64,000 bases of DNA, taken from assembly GCA_003344405.1 (NCBI GenBank), contig NOWV01000186.1, forward strand, positions 62,001 through 126,000, read 5' to 3'. The notes under the pieces are model-generated. The model saw nothing but the letters and a program-made list of their open reading frames with translations, was not told the DNA's origin and did no database searches. Of the stretch, positions 50,370 to 62,400 are shown in pieces. The stretch comes from Trichoplax sp. H2 (Eukaryota). The translations under genes were made by a program, and so were the position numbers. The first letter of the stretch is position 1, and each line of letters begins with the position of its first letter.

Positions 50370-52579
50370 TTAATGCTTTCTAAGGAGTTCTAAGGAATCT
50401 TCACAACCTTGGTAGTATAATTCATAAGCTCTTTTTTTATCAGGAGGAATTAAACATCGATATGTCCGTAGCAAGCATTCAACTGACAGAGAAGCTGTTT
50501 GTGGAATTTGTTGATTCCTTTGAGCTAATCCATATAATGCAACATCTCCTGGACTTATGATACCCATTCCTGGATCAACAGTAACTGTTATTGTAGCATG
50601 AGCACCGAAGGGTATTGGTATATTATTACTAATGGTTCCATCCATATAATACTAGTAAGTTTTATTGATTAAAATATAAAATTGGCTTGGTTAATATACA
50701 TATACTAACATGAGCTTTAATCACTTATAGTAACAAGATAATTAAGTACATTACCTCTCCTCTGTATTTTGGAAGTTGAAAACCTGACCAAATGGGTATA
50801 AAACAGGTACATCTTAAGCACTGAAACGGAAGATTGAAGATATTAGAACATCATTTTTCTGCAAGAACTGTACTTAATTGAAAGCAAAGTCCATACCAGA
50901 ATTACTACTACATCTCTGAAATTGTAATAAGTTATATCCTGTTAGATTTGCGAGCATCTAGAATGGCAATTAATGGTTTTATAAAGGAGATTGGCAATAA
51001 TTAAACCCTTGACAGAACTATAACTCTATAGCTACGAATTTCTGTATTTTTGTTAAGGATTTACAATCATCTAGAAATAAATTATATTATTAAGATTGCA
51101 CTATTCTATATCTCATCCAAGATTTATAATCGTCTAAATTTGCAATTTATGGCTGATAAAATGAATACTAGCAATCTTTGACTCATATAACCGAGTTATT
51201 ACTCATATTTATTGAAATTTCACCGTTATGTATTTTTTTAAGATTTGCTATCGTCTGAAATTCTAACTAACGACGATTTAATTAAAAGTCGACCATAATG
51301 AATTAATATAGTTACGTATTGCTGCATGCTGACGAAGTTATATCGGCTAGAGTAGAATAGCGGATTAGGCTAACTTTATCAGTAAGTATAAGTAAATCCT
51401 TAGAGTAACTCTACTAGTAATAAATTAGGCTTACTAGAATCAAATCGAGCTATAAAGAATGTAAATTTCATATTAGGTACGGATACCTTAGCTAGATTAC
51501 CTACTGCTATTATTTAAGATATTGTATATTCTATCTGTTTTAAAATCAATGAAATTTTTTTCTATAAGAAAAATGAAAATAAAAATTATGAAAGGGATCT
51601 TGTATACAGTAAAATTTAAGAATAAACTACTTGCTTGTGTGTATTTAAAGAGGAAATGAGGTACTAACTTATACCAGCTACATAATATTGGTTTTAACTA
51701 TATAGCTATCGCAAATTTTATTAGTTGTAATCATAAAACTGTTTAAAATGAAAGAAATGAGAATAGGTACGATGAAAACGATTTCAGCTACAATTTTAGG
51801 GATACTTGACGATTAATTTACGTGATTGAAAAGTCGGAAAAATCTTGAATGTGCCCAAAATTATGCCCAATAGAATACGATGAACGCAAATATTGCTCAT
51901 TTCGTGATTAGCTATGTACGCTAAATTTAGCCAATTGTACAACAACTAATGATTGGAACATTATCTTAAAAATTGGTATACCTAGTAGATTTACAGATAA
52001 AAGTAAATATCGCTCAGTGTATCCCTTGTCCATATGATGGACTCTAATTTGAACTCGATTTATCGCAGTCTAAGACTATAAAGTTAACGAATAGATTTGC
52101 TAATCCATTACTATAATGGAAATACTGTAATGACGATGTTATGATAGCTGTTATTCGTTTACTATTATTTTACACACCTCAATAAGATCTTCTCTAGAAT
52201 GAAATCTTGATATTAAGATATTTTTCATTCCTTTCACTTGTGTTAATGATAGATACAGTTTATCATTAACAATACTATGAGCATTTTCTGGGATAAATGG
52301 TTCGAGCATTTCTTGAATCAATTTTGGTATATTCAGTTGTGGATGAAATAACCCAAAAGAATTCTTTTTAAGGTATGCGAAGGTCTCGATACAAATTGGA
52401 ACAAATTCCTTTAACTTGGTAGGGAATAATAACAAGCCAATGGCCGAAAAGCTACCAGCGGAGGCACTACTGACTGAATTCAAGCTTCTGACTAAATCGG
52501 GTGCGTAGTCTACTAATCCCGCAGCAACACCAATTTCGTAAATCATTAGAAATTCACCACCAGAAAACGTTAAATTCAT
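50370..52579 (-). CDS. Truncated PNPLA-like patatin-domain protein (copy 2, ~249 aa) or young pseudogene; exons 52579-52178, 50820-50755, 50651-50370
   Basis: Motifs MNLTFSGGEFLMIYEIGV, SSASAG, CTCFIPIWSG and YMDGTISNN. Exons 2 and 3 have the same sizes as in the paralogs (66 and 283 nt). TAA at 50372-50370 is the last full codon of exon 3. Confidence 0.75.
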
Positions 52580-53328
52580 TTTAAATAGAGAAAGACTGCA
52601 TTGATAAAATAGTCTTGATATCATTCAATGTGCTTTATACTATAGTTGCTGAAAGGTATTTTTATCGTCAAGTCGATGGAAGAACAATAACAACTGACTG
52701 CTTTAATTAAATGTCATTGATTTTCATCATATTAACCAATAACTACCTTAATTTATCTTAGATAAATAATGAATGTGTTTTATGATATTTCGTCATGAGG
52801 ATTATAATAATAATAGCAAATAATCGACAAGATGAAGCTATCATTCCTGCTGTAAATAAAGTCTATAGGTATGTGTACAGTATATCACCATACACCAACC
52901 CACATGCATTTAGTAAGCAATCCAGTGGTAAAATGTTGAGCTTGTTTCTTGGCTAATTTATTATTATATTCTATCCTGTAGGTAAATCTAAATAGTTAAA
53001 CTTCAGGATAGCAACTGAACCCATATCTAAAGATTACACGTTATATAATTTATTAACCTATAGTGCACGTCTTACGATTGTACCATTAAATTGCATAGTG
53101 AGACAGCGATGTCTAGTATATAAAGGATTACCACTGCATTAAAACATTAAAAGCAAGTATAATGTTATACAAAAATTTTAAGAGTTAAAATGAAATTTAT
53201 AAAAATGGTTTCAGCTCGTACGTACGGTATTACAGAATAATTTAACTAACTTGTATTAGGTTGCACTTTCCCACGAAATTAGATAAGGTTACCGCAAACA
53301 AAGTGTGTTTAAAGCTATAAACGCTGAT

Positions 53329-53492
53329 AATTATTTAGCGCAATCCCTGCTTAAGAACAGATACCGCAAAACAAAGATAAACTGTGGTAGTTTATTATGG
53401 CAATTATTTAGAGCAATTCCTGTTAGCAGCATTTATGCTTAAGAATCGTTATCGCAAGACAAAGATAAACCGTGTTAGCTAATAAACTACCA
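53329..53492. repeat. Imperfect direct repeat (~60-75 bp x2) overlapped by a 13-bp inverted repeat
   Basis: AATTATTTAG.GCAAT.CCTG...CTTAAGAA...CGCAA.ACAAAGATAAAC.GTG.TAG occurs at 53329 and 53402. TGGTAGTTTATTA (53385) is the reverse complement of TAATAAACTACCA (53480-53492). Confidence 0.6.
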
Positions 53493-53723
53493 TGAATGTC
53501 TCTAATAAGGCCTAGAATCATTAGATCTTTGACAAATAGCTAGCTTACAAATAAGAGCATATCACCAATAATCAAATGATCTCAACAACTTTGAGACTAA
53601 TAATTATCCGTATATAATTAATCATTGGCTAACCGATGATAACTTAACACACAATTGAAGCATCATCAATTGCCCTAAAATTGTCGCAGTTGTATAGTAG
53701 AAGAATCTTTCATATAGCGACAG

Positions 53724-56700
53724 TTACAATTTACTGTGTAGGCTCGTTGACTCCTTAATGCGCTTTCTCAGCTGATTTCGTAAGATTTTACCACTTGCCG
53801 ATTTAGGAATGATATCTAGAAACTCTACTCCACCTCGCAAGTACTTTTGCGGATTGACGTTATCTTTAACAAAGTCGATAATTTCCTGTTTGGTTATTTC
53901 ACCACTTCTAACAATAAAAGCCATCGGCAATTCTCCAGCATCGTCATCTGGCCGACCAATAACGGCAACATCAGCTACTTTAGGATTTGTTAACAATAAT
54001 GCTTCTAGCTCAGCCGGTGCTACCTAGAATTTGAAATCAATGCCGGGTTAACCGAGTCTATCTACTTTAATCTAAAGCAGAAAATTTTTTATTAAATGAA
54101 ATAATTGTAGTTAGCGGCAGCTATACCTGATGGCCTTTATATTTGATTAGCTCTTTCAATCGATCGACAACATAAAAGTAGCCATCCTTATCATAATATG
54201 CAATGTCTCCAGTATGTAACCAACCGTCCTTATCAATAGTCCTATCTGTAGCTTCTTTATTTCGCAAATAACCTTTCATCACTTGGGGACCACGAATACA
54301 TAGTTCTCCGCGTTGATGTTCTGGTAACGATCTTCCAGTTTCAATATCAACAACCTTCGAATAATGAAAATATTTCCAAAGTACTTTTCATTTGGAATTA
54401 AACTTTGCTTGAATAAAGTAATTGAATGATACCTTGGCTTTCGTATTAGGAACAACAATACCAATCGCTCCTAATTTGTCCTTGTCGGATCTTTTACCCA
54501 TGTGCGAAAGAGGACTAAGTTCAGTCATCCCATAGACTAAAGGTTAAAAACGAATTACGGATTTCGATCGTATTTTATACTTGCACGCGTATGTCGATTG
54601 TCAATAATTAATAGACGTCAAACGTAATTCATACTATGAGCTTGAACTAATGCACTACTTATTATTCTTTAAATAGAAGAATTAACTGCATATATACCCT
54701 GTCGAACTAGAGATAACCCAACGCGCTTTCTAACAGTCTGGCTAAGGTCATAATCAAGTGGGGCAGCTCCACACATCGTTTCCTGCAAGCTTGACAAATC
54801 GTACTTCTCTACCAGTGGCGTTTTTGCCAAGAATACATACAACGGCGGTACAAGAGGAGCATATTTGATCTGTGTAGCACCAGAAGCAAATTAGCTTATC
54901 AATCTTTATAACCTAATCCTTTCTACACTCTACATTATCACAAATGGTCTAAACATGTCATGTTTTACCTTATATTTCTCGATCGATTGCAAAAAAACTT
55001 CGGGTTCAAATCTTAAGTAGCTTATTAAATGTACCCCCACTCTCAATCCGGCGAGCAATATAACTACTAACCCGTAGATATGAAAGAATGGCAATAAAGC
55101 CAAAACTGGAGCATCACTATCGAAAACTTTGACATCTGGATGAATTAGTTGCGCGAAATTGGCAATCAAGTTGTAGTGTGTCAACATAACACCTGTGGAT
55201 ACATATAAAATTTTGGTAAGCATTTCGTTATCATAGCAGTGGCTAAATAATTAATCATCCGGGAAACTATGAGTTCAATGAAGTGAACTTTAAGCATATT
55301 ATGCATTTGATTTATTTACTTGTATAAGATAAAATAACATGAATGGACTAGAAGCACTATCCTTGCAGTATGGTCTGATATAAAAGTCAAGGGAAGATAA
55401 TAGTACGCTAAGTATTCTTTTATTAAATGCAATTACTACCTTTCGGAATTCCAGTCGTACCACTTGAATAAGGAAGCATAACAACGTCATTGACTGGATC
55501 AATAGTTGCATCAGGCTTGAAGAACGCTCCATCATCTTGAATTAATGTATCAAATGAGGTTACTCCTTTCTCTTCACCGAATACATACAGTCCACGTAAA
55601 TTTCTAAAGTAAGGAATAACAAGAAAGTATTGATAACTAGCCATGAGAGTGGCTGTAAAAATGTACATATTTCTACGTGTAAATTATGATGTATCGAGAG
55701 TTCTACTATTTTGAATTTTAGTCGAATATGATGAGTACAGATCTGGTGATGGACCATCTGCGATTCAATTGCAAATCAATGTCCAGAAATTTTAAACTAT
55801 GACAATCTATAATTTGACAAAGGTTAATTTAAATCAAAAACGACGCTACTACATACCAATAATGCTAACTAGAGCAGTGCTATTTATCGAATGTTGCTCC
55901 TGATATTATCTCCATTTATAGGTGATTGCAAATACTAAGTAAGTTACAAAAGAATGTCTACATAGGATTTCGTCAACATTATTGAACCGAATACGAGGCA
56001 ACATGTTTAAAGCAACCACATCAACTCTGTCCATATTAATTTTTAGTCTATCTATCATCTATCTTCGAGATCATGCTAAGAATCCGTATAAAGTTGATGA
56101 GTGCTTACAGCGTTTTGTCCACTTTGATTGCATTAGCCGCATTTGATGAATGAGCTAATAGATATTTCGCAGAGGATAATTTCATTTGCTGTATGACCTC
56201 TTCTGCAGTAAATAAAGGATTAATTGTTGATACAATGCCACCAATAGCTGCCACTGCAAAAATTAGGACCGGATACTGAGGATGATTTGGACTATAAATG
56301 GCAAAGATATCGCCCTTTTTAAATCCAGCACGCCTGAGAGCAGAGCCACATTGTCGAATTTGTTGTTTTAGCATTTTGTATGTAAGAGTTAGACCGGAAT
56401 GGGCATCAGTCTAGTTCAATGTAATCATAAAAATAAATAATTATTGTTAGTACTTATCTTGCCTAACATTGAAATAGCTTTCAATACTAACTTGGATAGA
56501 AAGATTAGTTACGGAATCAAAACAGTATCATTCAAACAACTCTGTTAAGTATTTGAACACTGGATAGAGCGACCTTGTTGTCATGATCGTGATTGCTTTA
56601 CCAGAGTGAATTACTGTAGCATAATAGCGACAATATCAGCAAGCAATTTACACATCGGTAGATATTATAAAGGAAGAGATAGGAAGAAATTATCAGCACT

Positions 56701-57492
56701 ATGTTAACCTGATTGTTATGCGTTGTGCACTTATATCACAATGGTAGTACTGATTCCTATCTAAACTATTCATTTTCAAGCTTTATCAACAATTATTTGG
56801 ATGTTTGTTAACCTACTGCTACTCCACTATATCATTATCTACACTGCAATCTATCCGATCGATATCAAAGTAGTAATTAATATAAGCTCTTTATTAGCTA
56901 AAAAGGCCAACGTTATTCTCCTGCTAACGCCCCAACTATCCGGATAGATGAGCAAAATAATAATAAATGATACAGTCTACTCGACATGCAAGACAGATGA
57001 GGAATTATAATCCTATGATACCATCTATAATTAATATACTATGACACTTGTACAGTATACTACGTGCAGCAATTGCATATAAGGCTTATAAAACAATCCG
57101 ATTGTCCATGTTCATCGACGTGTTTTCAACAAGATCACTTTCGACATATTTGCAATGCATAAGTCTACAGTATAGTAGCGTCATTTCGACATGCAAAAGA
57201 TAGGAAAGCGATCGATAAGGAAAGCAGTCAGTATCTATCCGACATGAAAGAACACTTCCAAGATACTCTGATGATATCTATCCCACTTTAAAATCGATCT
57301 ATTTGGCCATGTTTAGTATGGCCTAATGCTATCCAATGGCATCATGTCAGCCTGAACGATCATGCAAAAACTTACAATTGCCGGTTTATCACCATATTGA
57401 TCGAAGTTTTCGCAGAAAAACTGATAGATGTTTAAGTGTGAAGGTATAAAAACATTGGATAACGGACTGGATATGATGTGTTCTTCCGCCAT
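53724..57492 (-). CDS. Peroxisomal 4-coumarate-CoA ligase-like / firefly-luciferase-like acyl-CoA synthetase; exons 57492-57376, 56410-56109, 55603-55440, 55192-54969, 54869-54699, 54536-54433, 54354-54127, 54023-53724
   Basis: AMP-binding motif [18 protein letters not shown], plus [61 protein letters not shown] and the C-terminal PTS1 SKL*. All junctions are GT-AG and in phase. Confidence 0.93.
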
Positions 57493-57920
57493 GGTGAGAT
57501 TTTACTCTTTTAGGCTCTTTTCTCGAGGTTTTTAGCAGTCCCTGGTTTTTGCAGCCAGCAGTGATGGGCAAAATGGACGATTGCGATACTGGACGGTAGT
57601 CTACGGTATCTAACCATACTCAGTGAACAATACTGTAATGTCGTTACCGCAACATGGTACTGGTCGATAGATATGGGGTCCGCAGATATTCTATAGTCGA
57701 TCGCTTGATGATTGCTTTACTATAGATTACAGTATGGAAATACCGGTACTGTTAGAGTAGTTAGGGTACTTGGTGAGGTATGCAAAAATGGCTGCTCAAA
57801 ATAATAGTCCTATTGCTATCCTTGCTGAGCCATAACTGCAATGGAATTTCTTTTTATTTAAGCCGCAAATGTATAGCTAATGTGTCGTATCTACTCTACT
57901 CTTACTAAGGTCTAGAAATT

Positions 57921-58252
57921 TATCCATAGCTGATCATTGCGAACACTTGTAGTCGATAGTGTCCTTGTTGAGCCTACCAGCAAAGCTTGCTGATTCATTC
58001 ATCCTCCATCGAAGCTATAAGAACATTGCTGAATGTGGCTGAAAGTTTTAATCGATTTCTTACTGTTATATCGATCTATCCATAGCTGATTATTGCAACA
58101 TAGATAGAGCTAAAGATCTATATAGTCGGTAATGTTGTTGTTGAGCCTACCTGCAGTAGTTGCAGGTGGATTCATCCTCCATCCAAAGCATGAAAGCATT
58201 GCTGAATATGACTAAAAGTTCCGATTGATTTCTTAATGTTATTTTGACCTAG
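57921..58252. repeat. Tandem imperfect duplication, two units of ~156-176 bp
   Basis: TATCCATAGCTGAT.ATTGC ... TTGTTGAGCCTACC ... ATTCATCCTCCATC ... CATTGCTGAAT ... GATTTCTTA.TGTTAT occurs starting at 57921 and again at 58077. Confidence 0.8.
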
Positions 58253-59453
58253 AATTGCAATCTTGTGATCAATTGATCCTTGATTCACTGGTATAAGTCA
58301 TGGATGATTGATATAACGTTGCCATCTTCCGATTCAACAAGACCTATCTCCCAGCAACCTAATCAACTTCAGATCGGTACTGCCATACCTGCCTGCTTGA
58401 ATGCTATGGCGAGTATTCAATGCAAGGATTTAGAATTGCATGCAGTTCTACATTGAGCTACTTTAAGCTAGAGAGTAATTCCTAGTGTCTCATCAGAGTT
58501 AAGTTTATCATTCGAAGTAAGTAAAGATAGTGTCCCTTTGCTGATCACAATAACACCAATCTATATTGCTACACATACTGTATTATTCATAGTCCTTTGA
58601 TTGGAATATTTCGTTAGGACAGGATGAAAAGATCAGCCCAAACTCAGCTGCTGATCAGAATGGCATCAATACTACTTGCTATGGATTTTACTAGGGCAAC
58701 ATAGTAAATTAGTTCAAACCCTGCTCCCGATTAAAATGGCATCAATCAACAAGCGTCTACAGCTACTATAACAAATGAATACGAGAAATCAAGCACTGAT
58801 ATGCTTACAGCATATACTATTAATGGCGAATCTCTTAATCCAGATGCATCTGTATTGACGTGTCCTTGAGCGTCTTGGCCATTAATAAATAAGGAAAAAA
58901 AAATCACTTTTCGATAGTGCAGTACATCATGATATTATTTAGACTATGTATCGTCGAATAAAGTAGGCAGACAGGTAAACTACCATGATAGACATACCCT
59001 ACTCTTAGCATAAATGCGAGCTAGCTTACAAGTAAAATAGATCGAGTATGATGACTAAACTTAGCGACAACTTACAGCATTCGAAGTATCTATGCGTATT
59101 GAAGACCCTACAGTTGTAAATCATGTTATGTTCTATTTTATTATCATGCTCTTGATGTCATTAGAATATGTCGAAACATTGGACCCCCAAAATTGAACCG
59201 ATACTGTAATAAATACACTCCATCCTCAGACTAGGTAGGCTTTTAATTGAGGTATACGCGTTTCGTACATAGATATATTTATATATCAGTAAATCCTGAT
59301 GAAACGATGGTAATATAAGCTTAGAGATTTTCTTCCATTTTTCTGACAGACTTACTGCTTGTCGTTATTCAATAAAAATTTCGATTTAAAAATTGCCTGA
59401 TACGTGTATTCACATAGAAAATTATATAAAATCGATCACAAAGAATGGCGTTA

Positions 59454-62400
59454 TTAATTATCTTTTTCAGTCATGTCTTTTTTGTCATTAGGATCATTTG
59501 AATATTCTCGCTTAAACCACAAAGAGACATCTGGCCAATCTATTTTATCATTTTCCGTCTTTTCATGTGCTAAGTAAACCATCAAACCGATATCCATCAG
59601 CTCAATGGTATCAATCAGAGATGTTATCATAGTATCCGAATCCTGGGCAAAGGGTATATTCGATGGAGTTAACCGACCAACTGCAATAGAAATTCCCACT
59701 GCAGACGTAAAAGCATTTGCTGCTGACCGCAATGTTTGGTAATGCTCACGGTTTCTATCGGGATGATGCCAGTCTATAATTAAAATATGAAGATGCGATA
59801 TCCATATCAATTAAAGAATTAACCACCTAAACTCACTTTGTTAGTGGTAAATTACATAGGATGTTATTTGTGTTGCTTCTATCTACGCGTATTTCAGTAA
59901 ACTAGCTATCGTTGATTCTTAAGTCTGCAATTGGAATTATTAAAAATAATCAAATATTCCCACAAATACCTTCTAACTTTCGCGACATTTTCTTCCGACA
60001 TATAACCTCCGTTAACGCACCAAGTTTTAATAAGCAGTGAAAGTGCTCTAAATCGTACTCTTCCAGGTGTCGAATACTGCTTAACATTTAAAAAGTACCG
60101 TCTCAAATTTTCTGGTCGTTTTTATTTGTATTTAAGCCCGATTAGAGTTATTGAAATGATGCTATTACAAATATTTATGGTCCATTGCCATCTAGTTAGA
60201 GGTTTAATTGCTATACGTGTTAGAACTAACAGTATATTTATGAAAATCAGTATTAAACTGTATCCTACTTTACGTCAAACAATAAATCAGGATAAAGTTG
60301 GTACTTCCTAGTATAGATTTGAATATGCCCTTATTTTTATGCATCCATATTATAGATTAAAATATATCTAGATATCCAAAACTACGATTAACTTCTTACT
60401 TGTGGTCGGAATAATAGCGTGCAGCGTCAAATAAGTCTCCAAACTGTTGCTTTAAAATTCCAAGCAAATGAACAACTGAACAGTAAAATTCATGTGATAT
60501 AGAAAATATCCTAATTGTAAATTTATGATGATTGAATTAGAAGTCTTTTCAATAGCGGATAAGCAATTAACTTTAGCATTTACAGACAAGTTATATTCTA
60601 GGCATCGCTAAATTGTACATTACCAAGGTTTATTAGGTCGACTTTACCTCAGCATAATTGCAATGATAGTTTCGATGGCATTAACACATGGTCGAAGTAT
60701 GATATTTCGTATTAGTAAATGAAGATTTCTTTGCCTAGCTTCTTTTATACAAGTCTTCAATAGCTCTGTTAATAGAATAAGAAATCATATATTGTACATC
60801 AACCATTTCACAACTTAAGCTCGTAATATTCTGTAAATAATTGCCTAAATGAAGCCGTAGCTAAATTTTCCCAACTCAATTGTGTAATAAGCACTTTTTA
60901 ACCTAAATCTATAACCAAAGCAGAGTTATCATTATCAGCAAGCCACTTGTTGGTTTCAGCCATAGCAGATTTGAGAGTTTCCATTAACCCTTCGTATTCA
61001 TCGTGGCCAATTTTCTTGGCTAAATCGCCAGCGATATCTTCAGACTGAGTAATTATACGATCATTTTCGTACAAAGGCTGTAGTAAATTGCTCGTTATAC
61101 ATGTAGAATCTATCAATATACGGAAATATTCACTTTATTCAACTAGTAAAATAAAATAACGAAAAAGTGATAAACTACTATATCAAGGTAAGACTTTCAA
61201 TATCTCTATCATTTAAGAGCTATTTGCTAGCATTGTGCGTAGATTTTATTTAAGATTTCGTATAAGTAGACTATCCCTTACAATGGTGCTTTCTTAGATA
61301 TTCCAACGCATCTTCGAAGCCTTGTTGACATAATGCTCTAAGAGAGGCCTCATCTGGAGAAAATAAAGCTCTAGTCGCTCGATGAAGATCGCCTAATGTA
61401 AATTTAATCGTTCGTCGAATACAGATATCGCTATTTTCAAAGTCATGACGCGACACATGGTTAGGACAAATCATTCCATCACCGACGAAAGGAGAAATAG
61501 TTATTGTTTTCTGAATATCGAAAGGTATAGGATGGTTGTCCGAAATTCCACCGTCTAAATATCGCTAATGATAAAGCATATAGGCATTGTAAGATCATCT
61601 AATAGATCAAGTTGATTTTATTGATAATTTCTCTATACTTAGAATTTGGCAAAGTCTACTAACTGAGTAAAGTAACATTGAGATTTACGTTATAATATAA
61701 TAGATATCTACGCTTTGCAATATAATATACCAATCTTTTTTTTATTCTACATCTTTTGCAGATACAATGTTATAAGTAAATTTATACAACTTAAAATTTT
61801 TAATGTATTTCTTACCTCTCCACGATAAAAAGGTGGCACTATACCCGACCAAAAAGGGACAAAACAACTACAAGCTACACACTGCATACCATTTTCGGAA
61901 AAAGAAAGAATTTATCATCTTAATAATATTTATCATAACCTAATTTCATTTACTTCAAGCTATTAGCAAGTTTATTACGAATAAATGAGATATTTTTAAC
62001 TGCATATTATTTCATTTACTATAAATATAAATAAATGGACCTGATTGAACAAAAAGAAAATTCATATAAAATGAATAAATTGCTTTAAATACGCATGAAT
62101 TATGAAGGTAGGGATAAACTAGAGTCTATCGATTTTATAATACGCGTACATAACGAAAATTAGATACAAGCTTAAAAATTAATCCATCATTTAGAGAAAT
62201 TTACATGTAATCAACAATCTTGAATGGTACTGTTGTAATATGCTATATCTAAAAATGATCTTGAAATACGACTATATGTAACTAGCAGTCTTGAATAGTG
62301 CCTTTGTAATACGCTATTTCTAAAAATAACCTTGAGACACGAGCATAAATAATCAGTAGTCTTGAATAAAACCGTTGTAATATGCTATATCTAAAAATAA

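Noticed and set aside
59906..60106. ORF MRRYFLNV... as an exon of patatin copy 3
   Set aside because: Wrong frame. The frame homologous to copy 2 (EYDLEHFHCLLKLGALTEVICR) uses the acceptor before 60079 and fits both flanking phases.
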